Below are positions 1-8,853 of a stretch of DNA of 64,000 nucleotides, piece after piece (within the stretch, counting starts at the first letter, position 1; every line of letters begins with the position of its first letter). The DNA is taken from positions 1,952,001-2,016,000 of the forward strand of contig OY969934.1 in the NCBI GenBank assembly GCA_963704725.1, written 5' to 3'. A program made the translations under genes and the position numbers. The notes under the pieces are model-generated. The model was not told the origin of the DNA. It ran no database searches and saw only the letters and a list, made by a program, of their open reading frames with translations. This DNA comes from an uncultured Actinomycetes bacterium. Its GTDB lineage: Bacteria; Actinomycetota; UBA4738; HRBIN12.

Positions 1-2
1 TG

Positions 3-965
3 AGCCACGACCTCGCGCTGCTCGACGCGGCGATCACGCGCGTGCTCCACCTGGACCGGGACGGGTTGGTCCAGTACCGAGGCACGTACTCCGAGTACCG
101 CACGGCCCGCAAGGAGGACGAGGCGCGCCTGGCCAAGCTCTCCGAGCGCCAGCACGCCGAGATCCGAAGGCTCAAGACGCTCGCCGACTCGATGCGCGGC
201 CAGACGGCGAAGCGGGCGCGGAAGGCGAAGACGCTCGACACGCGGGCGGAGCGCCTCGAGTCGCACGTCGTGTCGGCGCCGACGCGTGATCGGGCCGTGC
301 GCTACCGGTTCCCGGATCCGCCGCACAGCGGCAAGCTCGCGCTGGCCGTCGAGGGCCTGACCAAGGGGTACGGCGGCCTGCCGGTGTTCGAGGACGTCGC
401 GTTCGACGTCGGCCGGGGGGAGCGGCTCCTGGTCATGGGGTTGAACGGCGCGGGCAAGACCAGCCTGCTGAAGATCCTCGCCGGCTCATCGGTCGCCGAC
501 GCCGGGACGTTCCGGCTGGGGCACGGCGTCTCGCTCGGCTACTACGCCCAGGAGCACGAGGGCGTCCGCGAGGGCCTCTCGGTGCTGTCGCACGTGCGGG
601 CCGAATCGACGGACGCCTCCGATCAGGACCTGCGGGGGCTGCTCGGGATGTTCGGGCTCACCAGAGAGGTGGCGTTCCAGGACGCCGGCACGCTGTCCGG
701 GGGGGAGAAGACCAAGCTCGCGCTGGCCCAGCTCGTAGCCGGGCGCCGCAACCTGATCCTGCTCGACGAGCCGACCAACAACCTCGACCCGCCGTCGCGG
801 ACGGCCGTCGCCGAGGCCCTGCAGGCGTGGAAGGGATCGATGGTCCTGGTGAGCCACGACGTGGGGTTCGTGCACGCGCTCGCCCCGCAGCGCGTCCTGA
901 TGATGCCGGAGGGCGGCCTGACCTACTGGGACGACGAGCTCCTCGAGCTCGTGGCGCTGGCATGA
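3..965 (+). CDS. ABC-F family ATPase, 5'-truncated by window edge
   Basis: Frame open from base 3 (SHDLALLD, end of first NBD), linker, second NBD with GLNGAGKT, LSGGEK, LLDEPTNNLD, VSHD; no TM segments. Confidence 0.9.
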   Translation, partial: SHDLALLDAAITRVLHLDRDGLVQYRGTYSEYRTARKEDEARLAKLSERQHAEIRRLKTLADSMRGQTAKRARKAKTLDTRAERLESHVVSAPTRDRAVRYRFPDPPHSGKLALAVEGLTKGYGGLPVFEDVAFDVGRGERLLVMGLNGAGKTSLLKILAGSSVADAGTFRLGHGVSLGYYAQEHEGVREGLSVLSHVRAESTDASDQDLRGLLGMFGLTREVAFQDAGTLSGGEKTKLALAQLVAGRRNLILLDEPTNNLDPPSRTAVAEALQAWKGSMVLVSHDVGFVHALAPQRVLMMPEGGLTYWDDELLELVALA

Positions 966-1066
966 GCACGGCGAGGCCGGCGGCTCGCCCTCCGGCGCAA
1001 GGCTTCTCGTAGAACCAAGCGGGAGCCGGGCGTATGCTCGCTCCGCCTCGGGGAAGGGGGAGCTCG

Positions 1067-2746
1067 ATGACCGAGCGCGCGGACCTCGCGTTCGTGAACG
1101 GCGCCGTCTACACGGTCGACCCACAACGGCCGTGGGCCCGGGCCGTGGCCGTTCGCCGTGGGCGGATCGAGGTCGTGGGGAGCGACGACGACGTCCGCGA
1201 CCGGATCGGCGCCGGGACCGAGATCGTGGACCTGCGGGGCCGCATGCTGCTTCCCGGGTTCCAGGACGCCCACGTCCACCCGCCGAGCGGCGGCCTCGAG
1301 ATGCTCCGCTGCGACCTCTCGGCCGCGGTAACCCTGCCCGAGTACGAACGCATCGTCGCCGAGTACGCCTCGGGGAACCCGGCCGCGCCGTGGATCCTCG
1401 GCGGGGGATGGTCGATGGGCGTGTTCCCCGGCGGCAACCCACCGAGGGAGCCCCTGGATCGCCTCGTGCCAGACCGGCCCGTCTTCCTCACGAGCCGCGA
1501 CGGGCACAGCGCGTGGGTGAACACGAGGGCGCTCGAGGCGGGCGGCATCGCCACCGGCACCCCGGATCCCGCGGACGGGATCATCGTCCGCGGGGCCGAC
1601 GGCGAGCCGTGGGGAACGCTGCACGAGGGGGCCATGCGCCTGGTCGAGGACCGCGTGCCCGAGGATTCGACCGAGGACTGGATCGCAGGGCTGCGGGTGG
1701 GACAGGCGCACCTGCACTCGCTCGGCATCACGGCGTGGCAGGACGCCATCGTGGGGATCCACACCTCGTACCGGACGTTCGAGGCCTACGTCCGCTTCGC
1801 CCGGGAAGGGTCGCTCACGGCGCGCGTCGTCGGAGCGCTGTGGTGGGATCGCTATCGCGGGTCCGAGCAGCTGGACGATCTGCTCGCGGCGCGCGAGCGG
1901 GGCCGCGTCGGCCGGTTCTCGCCGACCAGCGTGAAGATCATGCAGGACGGCATCGTGGAGAACTTCACGGCGGCGATGCTCGAGCCCTACCTCGACGGAT
2001 CGGGCGCGGCGACGCCCAACCGGGGGCGGTCGTTCGTGGACCCGGAGGCGCTCGAGCGCGACGTCACGATGCTCGACCGCGAGGGGTTCCAGGTCCACAT
2101 CCATGCCATCGGGGACCGGGGGGTTCGCGAGGCGCTGGACGCGTTCGAGACCGCCCTGGCGGCGAACGGGACCAACGACCATCGCCATCACATCGCGCAC
2201 ATCCAGGTGGTGCATCCGGACGACGTCCCGCGGTTCGCCGCCCTGGGTGTCGTGGCGAACGGCCAGCCGTTGTGGGCCCAGAACGAGGTGGAGATGCTGG
2301 AGCTGACCATCCCGTTCCTCGGCCCCGAGCGCGCCGGTTGGCAGTACCCGTTCGGGTCGCTGCTCCGCGCGGGCGCGCGGCTGGCGTTCGGCAGCGACTG
2401 GTCGGTGTCGAGCCCGAACCCGCTGGAGGAGATGCACGTCGCGGTGAACCGGACCGGGTTCGACCGGGACGGCGCGACCGCCCGGCCGGGGACGTCTCCC
2501 GAGCCGCTGATCCCGGAGGAGGCCATCGACCTGCCCGCCGCGATCCACGCGTTCACGATGGGCTCGGCCTACGTGAACCACCTGGACGACGTGACCGGCT
2601 CCATCACGCCGGGCAAGCTCGCCGACCTCGTCGTGCTCGACCGCAACGTGCTCGATCGTCCCGCCTCCGAGATCCACGCTGCCGCCGTGGAGCTCACCCT
2701 GGTGGAGGGGGAGACGGTCTTCGCCGCCGACGGCTTCCGCGACTGA
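1067..2746 (+). CDS. YtcJ-like metal-dependent amidohydrolase
   Basis: PGFQDAHVH, HAIGD, FGSDW, GKLADLVVLD motifs; GAAGGGGG SD before ATG 1067. Confidence 0.88.
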   Translation: MTERADLAFVNGAVYTVDPQRPWARAVAVRRGRIEVVGSDDDVRDRIGAGTEIVDLRGRMLLPGFQDAHVHPPSGGLEMLRCDLSAAVTLPEYERIVAEYASGNPAAPWILGGGWSMGVFPGGNPPREPLDRLVPDRPVFLTSRDGHSAWVNTRALEAGGIATGTPDPADGIIVRGADGEPWGTLHEGAMRLVEDRVPEDSTEDWIAGLRVGQAHLHSLGITAWQDAIVGIHTSYRTFEAYVRFAREGSLTARVVGALWWDRYRGSEQLDDLLAARERGRVGRFSPTSVKIMQDGIVENFTAAMLEPYLDGSGAATPNRGRSFVDPEALERDVTMLDREGFQVHIHAIGDRGVREALDAFETALAANGTNDHRHHIAHIQVVHPDDVPRFAALGVVANGQPLWAQNEVEMLELTIPFLGPERAGWQYPFGSLLRAGARLAFGSDWSVSSPNPLEEMHVAVNRTGFDRDGATARPGTSPEPLIPEEAIDLPAAIHAFTMGSAYVNHLDDVTGSITPGKLADLVVLDRNVLDRPASEIHAAAVELTLVEGETVFAADGFRD

Positions 2747-2791
2747 CCCGTCGGGAGGGGTTGTCGGCTCGCACGCGCCTAGGATGGTCGC

Positions 2792-3709
2792 GTGGGAGGC
2801 GCCGGCTTCGACGTCGTGACGGGGGCCTTCGGCTACACGGGCCGCTCCATCGCCGAACGCCTGCTCCGGCAGGAGCGCCCCGTTCTGACCCTGACCGGGC
2901 ATCCCGGCCGCCCCAACCCGTTCGGCGACCGGGTGCGCGTCGCTCGCCTCGACTTCGGGGACCGAACCGCCCTGGCCGGGCACCTGCGGGGCGCCGAGAC
3001 GCTCTACAACACGTACTGGGTCCGCTTCCCTCGCGGGGAGGTCACGTTCGACCGGGCGGTGGCCAACAGCGAGGCGCTGTTCGGCGCCGCCGAGGAGGCC
3101 GGCGTCCGCCGGATCGTGCACGTCAGCATCACGAAGCCCTCGGAGGACTCGCCCTTCCCCTACTTCCGGGGCAAGGCCCGCGTGGAGCGTGCCCTGCAGA
3201 GCTCGGGCGTGCCGTCGACGATCGTCCGACCCACGGTGATCTTCGGGAAGCGGGACATCCTCATCAACAACATCGCCTACCTCCTTCGCCGGCTGCCCGT
3301 GTTCGGCGTGGCCGGCTCGGGCGCGTACCGGCTCCGCCCGGTCTCCGTCGAGGACGTCGCCGACGTCTGCGTCGCCGCGGCGCAGGGCGAGCACGACGGG
3401 GTCATCGACGCGGTCGGCCCGGAGACCTTCACGTTCGAGGGCCTCGTCCGCGAGATCGCACGGGCCGTCGGAAGCCGGGCCCGGATCGTGCACGTGCCGC
3501 CGTCGCTCGTGTTGGCGGCGGCGGCGGCCGTCGGCCGCCTCGTTCGCGACGTCGTGGTGACGCGGGACGAGCTGCAGGGCCTGATGGCGGAGCTGATCGT
3601 CACCGAAGGCCCGGCGACGGGGACCCGCCGGCTCACCGAGTGGCTGACGGAGCACGCAGACGAGGTCGGGGCCCGCTACGCGTCCGAGATGTCCCGCCAC
3701 TACCGCTAG
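2792..3709 (+). CDS. NAD(P)-binding SDR/epimerase (NDUFA9-like)
   Basis: VTGAFGYTG Rossmann motif, YFRGK YxxxK; TAGGAT -10 six nt upstream of GTG. Confidence 0.85.
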   Translation: MGGAGFDVVTGAFGYTGRSIAERLLRQERPVLTLTGHPGRPNPFGDRVRVARLDFGDRTALAGHLRGAETLYNTYWVRFPRGEVTFDRAVANSEALFGAAEEAGVRRIVHVSITKPSEDSPFPYFRGKARVERALQSSGVPSTIVRPTVIFGKRDILINNIAYLLRRLPVFGVAGSGAYRLRPVSVEDVADVCVAAAQGEHDGVIDAVGPETFTFEGLVREIARAVGSRARIVHVPPSLVLAAAAAVGRLVRDVVVTRDELQGLMAELIVTEGPATGTRRLTEWLTEHADEVGARYASEMSRHYR

Positions 3710-3725
3710 GGCGACGCCTTGGCGG

Positions 3726-3780
3726 CCTGACTACTGGTCAGGGTCCATCCTTGCGGCCCACCGACACCGGACCGCACGAT
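3726..3780 (+). promoter_or_regulatory. Palindrome CCTGAC-N5-GTCAGG plus putative promoter TTGCGG-N18-CACGAT
   Basis: Inverted repeat 3726-3742; -35 at 3751-3756 and -10-like at 3775-3780 upstream of first demethylase. Confidence 0.4.
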
Positions 3781-3843
3781 ACCCGTCGCGGCCCGGCCGA
3801 CCGGCCACCGGCCGCGCTCGACGATACGAGGAGGTCCTTCCCG

Positions 3844-4995
3844 ATGGCGTTCGACATGAGCCAGGTCCAGCGTGGCGCCCGGAACCGGCGCACGCCCTAC
3901 TACGAGGCGACGCAGCGCTACGAGCCCAAGGGCTTCACGGTGTACAACCACATGTACTTCCCGATCCGCTTCGACACCTTCGAGGCCGAGTTCGACGCGC
4001 TCCTGAACGGCGTCACGCTGTGGGACGTCGCCGTCGAGCGTTGCCTGGAGATCTCGGGGCCCGACGGGTTCCGCTTCGCGCAGCTGCTCACCCCGCGCGA
4101 CCTCTCCAAGTGCGCCGTGGGGCAGGGCAAGTACGTCCTCATCTGCGATCGCGACGGCGGGATCGTCAACGACCCGGTGCTCACCCGGATGGACGAGACG
4201 ACGTTCTGGTTCGCGCTGGCGTCTTCGGACGCGCTGCTGTTCGCGCGGGGGCTGCGCAACGCCTACCCGGACCTCGACGTGACGATCCAGGAGGCGGACG
4301 TGGCGCCACTCCAGGTGCAAGGGCCGAAGTCCAAGCCGCTCATGGTCAAGCTGCTGGGGGAGGAGATCCTCGACCTCCGCTACTACCACTGGACCGAGGC
4401 AAAGATCGCCGGCGCGCCCGTCGTGATCACGCGGACCGGATGGACGTCGGAGGTGGGGTACGAGGTGTACCTCACCGACACGAGCAGGGGCGCCGAGGTC
4501 TACGAGGCGATCATGGAGGCGGGTCGGGAGTTCGGGATCCGGCCCACCGGTCCGAGCGACATCCGCCGGATCGAGGGCGGCATCTTCAACTGGGGCGCCG
4601 ACATGACGTACGAGAACAACCCCCTCGAGATGGGTCTGGAGCGCCTCGTGGACTGGGACCTCCCCGACGAGGCGAGCATCTCGCTGCGGGCGCTGCGCGA
4701 GATCCGGGAGCGGGGCGTCGACCGCCGGATCGTCGGCGTCGAGATCGACGGCGAGCCGTTCCCCGAGCTCAACAACGTGAAGTGGCCCGTCCAGGAGGCG
4801 GGGGAGCGGATCGGCACGGTCACCTCGGCCATCTTCTCGCCCCGGCTCGGCCGGAACATCGGCTTCGCCTGGCTGCCGGCCGGCCGGTCGGCCCCCGGGG
4901 CGACCGCGCGGGTCGAGACGGAGTGGGGGCTCCGGTCGGTCACCGTGGTCGAGATGCCGTTCGTCGATCCGGCCAAGCAGATCCCGGTCTCGTAG
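3844..4995 (+). CDS. GcvT-family aminomethyltransferase, DmdA-like THF-dependent demethylase (copy 1)
   Basis: RRTPYY..FTVYNHMYFP, LWDVAVER, TRTGWTSEVGYE, RRIEGG, PFVDP; GAGGAGG SD; C-terminal part of ORF 1132..4995. Confidence 0.85.
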   Translation: MAFDMSQVQRGARNRRTPYYEATQRYEPKGFTVYNHMYFPIRFDTFEAEFDALLNGVTLWDVAVERCLEISGPDGFRFAQLLTPRDLSKCAVGQGKYVLICDRDGGIVNDPVLTRMDETTFWFALASSDALLFARGLRNAYPDLDVTIQEADVAPLQVQGPKSKPLMVKLLGEEILDLRYYHWTEAKIAGAPVVITRTGWTSEVGYEVYLTDTSRGAEVYEAIMEAGREFGIRPTGPSDIRRIEGGIFNWGADMTYENNPLEMGLERLVDWDLPDEASISLRALREIRERGVDRRIVGVEIDGEPFPELNNVKWPVQEAGERIGTVTSAIFSPRLGRNIGFAWLPAGRSAPGATARVETEWGLRSVTVVEMPFVDPAKQIPVS

Positions 4996-5002
4996 CGGGT
5001 CC

Positions 5003-5038
5003 TTGCGGCTCCGGCGCGGTTTGAACGATGATTCAAAC
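5003..5038 (+). promoter_or_regulatory. Putative promoter TTGCGG-N18-GATGAT overlapped by operator GTTTGAA-N6-TTCAAAC
   Basis: Perfect 7-bp AT-rich inverted repeat 5019-5038 in GC-rich DNA, overlapping the -10. Confidence 0.6.
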
Positions 5039-5081
5039 TTCGCCGGGGAGGCCCGGCTCGATCCGAGAGGAGCCGTTCCGC

Positions 5082-6263
5082 ATGGTCAACGAGCGCCAGG
5101 AGATGCTCGAGGAGAGCGCGACGATCTACTTCGGCCCGTGGTACCGGCGCTCGCCGTTCTTCGAGGCCACGCGCCGGGCCGGGTGCACCGCCTACGACGT
5201 CTACAACCACATGCTGCTGCCCGCCTACTACGACGACCCGGTCGTCGAGTACTGGGCGCTCCTGAACGACGTGACCGTGTGGGACGTGGCCGTCGAGCGC
5301 ACGGTGGAGATCTCGGGGCGGGACGCCGACCGGTTCGTGGACTCGCTCACGTGCCGAGACCTGACGAAGTGCGCCGTCAAGCAGGGCAAGTACATGCTCG
5401 TGACGGCGCCGGACGGCGGCATCGTGAACGACCCCGTCCTGCTGCACGTGGGCGAGAACCGGTGGTGGATGCAGTGCGCGGACTCCGACGCCGGCCTGTA
5501 CGCCCTCGGCGTGGCCGCGAGCTCGAACCTGGACGTCGAGGTCTCCTACCCGCACGCGTACCCGATGCAGGTACAGGGGGCGATGGCGGCCAGGACGCTC
5601 GAGAAGCTGGTGGGGGCCGCGATCTACGACCTCAAGTACTACTGGTGCGACTGGTTCGACATCGAGGACATCCCGGTCCTCATCAGCCGCACGGGCTGGA
5701 CCGCCGTCCCGGGCTTCGAGATCAACCTGCTCGACCCGGCGCGCGGCGACGACCTGTGGAACGCCGTGTTCGATGCGGGGGAGGAGTTCAACGTCCGCCC
5801 GGTCGCACCGGTCGAGGCCCGGCGGATCGAGGCCGGGATCATGAACTGGGGCTCGGACATGACGTTCGCGGACACGCCCCTGCACGTCATGGGGCTCGAT
5901 CGCCTGGTCGAGGACCAGCCCCAGGACTACATCGGCAAGGCCGCGCTCGAGGCGCTGAAGGCCACGGGCGTCGACCGCAAGCTGGTCGGCATCGAATGGT
6001 CGGGCGACGAGCTTCGGGCCGAGCTGACGTGGTTCTGGCCAGTGGTTCGGGACGGGGAGCCCATCGGCAGGGTGACGGACGCGATCTGGTCGCCGCGTCT
6101 GGAGCGGAACATCGGCTACGCCTGGGTGCCGATCGAGCTGGCCGCGCCGGGCAACACCGTCGACGTCGAGTCCGAGCACGGGCCGATCTCCGTGACCACG
6201 GCGGCCATCCCGTTCATCGACCCTCGGAAGGAGGTGCCGGCGCAGGACCTGCGTCGCGGTTGA
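5082..6263 (+). CDS. GcvT-family aminomethyltransferase, DmdA-like THF-dependent demethylase (copy 2)
   Basis: RRSPFF..YDVYNHMLLP, VWDVAVER, SRTGWT, RRIEAG, PFIDP; AGAGGAG SD before ATG 5082. Confidence 0.85.
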   Translation: MVNERQEMLEESATIYFGPWYRRSPFFEATRRAGCTAYDVYNHMLLPAYYDDPVVEYWALLNDVTVWDVAVERTVEISGRDADRFVDSLTCRDLTKCAVKQGKYMLVTAPDGGIVNDPVLLHVGENRWWMQCADSDAGLYALGVAASSNLDVEVSYPHAYPMQVQGAMAARTLEKLVGAAIYDLKYYWCDWFDIEDIPVLISRTGWTAVPGFEINLLDPARGDDLWNAVFDAGEEFNVRPVAPVEARRIEAGIMNWGSDMTFADTPLHVMGLDRLVEDQPQDYIGKAALEALKATGVDRKLVGIEWSGDELRAELTWFWPVVRDGEPIGRVTDAIWSPRLERNIGYAWVPIELAAPGNTVDVESEHGPISVTTAAIPFIDPRKEVPAQDLRRG

Positions 6264-6287
6264 CTCGCGACGCGCCGGCGCCCCGCG

Positions 6288-6698
6288 ATGGCTCGAACGC
6301 TCGACCGCCGCCCGCCGGCCACCTCGGCGCCCCCCAGGGGGTTCCGCCGCGCCCTCCTCGTGATCGAGCGCGAGACGAAGGAGGCCGTCTGGGACTGCCG
6401 GATGTGCGGCCAGTGCATCCTGCACTCGACCGGGATGTCGTGCCCCATGCGCTGTCCGAAGAACCTGCGCAACGGACCCTGCGGCGGAGTGCTGCAGAAC
6501 GGGAACTGCGAGGTGGTCCCCGACATGAAGTGCGTGTGGGTGGCGGCTTGGGAGGGCTCGCGCAAGCTGCCCCTGTGGCGCGATCACATGGAGCACCTCG
6601 AGCGCCCCACCGACTGGCGGCTGCAGGAGACCTCGTCGTGGGAGAACCTGCTCACGCGGCGGGATCGGCACGTCCCGGCGGCCTGGGCCCGCCGATGA
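6288..6698 (+). CDS. MTHFR C-terminal-domain protein (MetV-like, Cys-rich)
   Basis: CRMCGQC...CPMRCPKNLRNGPCGG..CEV..CVW signature; ATGA overlap with metF. Confidence 0.85.
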   Translation: MARTLDRRPPATSAPPRGFRRALLVIERETKEAVWDCRMCGQCILHSTGMSCPMRCPKNLRNGPCGGVLQNGNCEVVPDMKCVWVAAWEGSRKLPLWRDHMEHLERPTDWRLQETSSWENLLTRRDRHVPAAWARR

Positions 6699-7636
6699 CC
6701 CCGGAGCCGCGCAGCGGGCTCCACCGCCTGCTCCTTGCGGGCGAGTTCGTCGTCACGGCCGAGCTCCAGGCGACCGATTCCGCGGATCCAGGCTCCGTCC
6801 GCGAGCAGGCCGAGGTCTTGCGGGGCAAGGTCGACGCCGTGAACTGCACCGACAACAGCGCCGCCCATCCCCACATCGCACCGATGGCGGCGGCGCGGCT
6901 CCTGGCGGACCTCGGGATCGAGCCGATCATGCAGCTGGTGTGCCGGGACCGGAACCGCCTCGCGCTGCAGGCGGACCTCTTGGGGGCGGCGGCGCTCGGC
7001 GTGCGCAACGTGGTGTGCATGACGGGGGACGACGTGAGCGCCGGCGACCACCCCGAGGCCAAGCCGATCTACGACATCGACGCGATCCACCTCCTGCGGA
7101 TCGCGCGCATCATGCGCGACGACGGCACGTACCTGTCCGGCCGTCCGCTCACGCAGCCGCCGAGCTTCCTGATCGGCGCCGTCGAGAACCCGTTCGCGCC
7201 GCCGCTCGACTTCCGTCCCATGCGGCTCGGCAAGAAGGTCGAGGCGGGCGCGGAGTTCGTACAGACCCAGATCTGCTTCAACCTCGAAAAGCTGAGGCTG
7301 TTCATGGCGCGGGCGGGGGACCTCGGGCTGCTGGACCACGTGTGGGTGCTGGCCGGGGTGTTCGTGCCCCGCTCGGCCCGGGCGGTCCGGTACCTCCGGG
7401 ACCAGGTGCCGGGCATCGACGTCCCCGATGCGGTCGTCGAGCGGATGGACGCCGCGCCGCTCGAGCGGCAGTGGGACGAGGGCGTCCGGATCGCGCTCGA
7501 GATCGTCGAGCAGGTGCGTGCCATCGCCGGCGTGCGGGGGATCCACGTCATGTCCATCAAGAACGAGGAGGCGATCGCCCGGGTGGTCGAGGAGGCGGGC
7601 TTGCTGCCACGCCCATCCGCGGCCCCTGTGAGCTGA
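6695..7636 (+). CDS. metF: Methylenetetrahydrofolate reductase
   Basis: FVVTAEL, CRDRNRLALQADLLGA, MTGD, KKVEAGAEFVQTQ, GIHVM. Confidence 0.9.
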   Translation: MTPEPRSGLHRLLLAGEFVVTAELQATDSADPGSVREQAEVLRGKVDAVNCTDNSAAHPHIAPMAAARLLADLGIEPIMQLVCRDRNRLALQADLLGAAALGVRNVVCMTGDDVSAGDHPEAKPIYDIDAIHLLRIARIMRDDGTYLSGRPLTQPPSFLIGAVENPFAPPLDFRPMRLGKKVEAGAEFVQTQICFNLEKLRLFMARAGDLGLLDHVWVLAGVFVPRSARAVRYLRDQVPGIDVPDAVVERMDAAPLERQWDEGVRIALEIVEQVRAIAGVRGIHVMSIKNEEAIARVVEEAGLLPRPSAAPVS

Positions 7637-7644
7637 CCGTCCCC

Positions 7645-7670
7645 GGAACTCTCAGGGAGTTCTCAGCGTT
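7645..7670 (+). promoter_or_regulatory. MprA-type direct repeat TCTCAG-N5-TCTCAG nested in ECF-like GGAAC-N17-CGTT
   Basis: TCTCAG at 7650-7655 and 7661-7666; GGAAC 7645-7649; CGTT 7667-7670; directly upstream of htrA-like gene. Confidence 0.65.
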
Positions 7671-7734
7671 CCGGAAGAACGATCCCGGCCGAGGTGGCGA
7701 ACACCCCGTGGAACCGAGACACTGGAGCGAGGAC

Positions 7735-8820
7735 ATGAAGCGCACCCTGATCGCCCTGCTCGCCGGTTCGGCCCTCCTGCTCGCCGCGTGCTCGAGCCGG
7801 ACCATCGATTCGGTCGCCCAGCCCGCCGTGTTCCCGACGGCGACGCCGACCCTTCCCACGCCGGCCGCGACCGACGCCGGCGGCACCACGATCGAGAGCG
7901 TCGTCCAGCGGGTCCTCCCGGCCGTGGTGAACGTCGTGACGGACCTCGGCGAGGGAACCGGATTCGTCGTCCGCCAGGACGGGATCGTGGTGACGAACTT
8001 CCACGTCGTGGAGCGCGCGTCCGAGGTCGACGTCCTCACGTCCGACCAGAATCCCGACCGGTACTCCGCTCGCGTGATCGGCGGGGACCAGCAGGCGGAT
8101 CTCGCGGTCCTGAAGGTCGACGCCACGGGCCTCCCCACGGTCCCGCTCGGCGATTCCGATCAGCTGCAGCTCGGCCAGCAGGTCGTCGCGATCGGGTACG
8201 CGCTCGGGCTCGAGGGTGGGCCTTCGGTGACCGCCGGGATCGTCTCCTCGCTGGCGCGTGAGATCCGGGTGGCGGACCCGAACTGCCAGAACGACTGTGG
8301 CAACGGGTCACGCGTCTACACCCACGTCATCCAGACGGACGCGGCCATCAACCCGGGGAACTCGGGCGGGCCGCTGGTCGACCTCGCCGGCAACGTGGTG
8401 GGGATCAACACCGCCGGCACCACCAGCGCCGAGAACGTGGGATTCGCCATCCAGATCAGCTCCGTCAAGGACACGATCTTCAACGCGGCCGAGAACCCCG
8501 GCCAGCCCGTGGCGTTCATGGGGATCGGTTCGGACGACGCCTCGGACCCGGCGCTGCAGTTCCAGATCGACCTCCCCGTGGACCGGGGCGCGGCCATCCT
8601 CAACGTGGTGCAGGGCGGGCCCGCCGACGACGCCGGGATCCAGGTCGGCGACGTGGTGGTCTCGTTCGGCGGACAGACGATCGACACCGCGGACCAGCTC
8701 GGCGAGGCGATCCGCGCCCACTCGCCTGGGGACAGCGTCCAGGTGGGGGTGGTGCGGGGGAACGGTGACCACCAGACGGTCACGGTCACGCTCGGCACCA
8801 ACCCCGTCCCCACCGGCTGA
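7735..8820 (+). CDS. HtrA/DegP-family serine protease with PDZ domain, lipoprotein
   Basis: Lipobox LLAAC, TNFHVV, DLAVLK, IQTDAAINPGNSGGPL, C-terminal PDZ; GAGGA SD. Confidence 0.93.
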   Translation: MKRTLIALLAGSALLLAACSSRTIDSVAQPAVFPTATPTLPTPAATDAGGTTIESVVQRVLPAVVNVVTDLGEGTGFVVRQDGIVVTNFHVVERASEVDVLTSDQNPDRYSARVIGGDQQADLAVLKVDATGLPTVPLGDSDQLQLGQQVVAIGYALGLEGGPSVTAGIVSSLAREIRVADPNCQNDCGNGSRVYTHVIQTDAAINPGNSGGPLVDLAGNVVGINTAGTTSAENVGFAIQISSVKDTIFNAAENPGQPVAFMGIGSDDASDPALQFQIDLPVDRGAAILNVVQGGPADDAGIQVGDVVVSFGGQTIDTADQLGEAIRAHSPGDSVQVGVVRGNGDHQTVTVTLGTNPVPTG

Positions 8821-8853
8821 CCTCGGGCGCCGCCCGTACGCTAGCCTGACCGG

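Noticed and set aside
2762-2785. PafBC promoter motif TGTCGG...TAGGAT
   Set aside because: Spacer is 12 nt rather than the 10 nt of the established motif, and the gene is not a DNA-repair gene.
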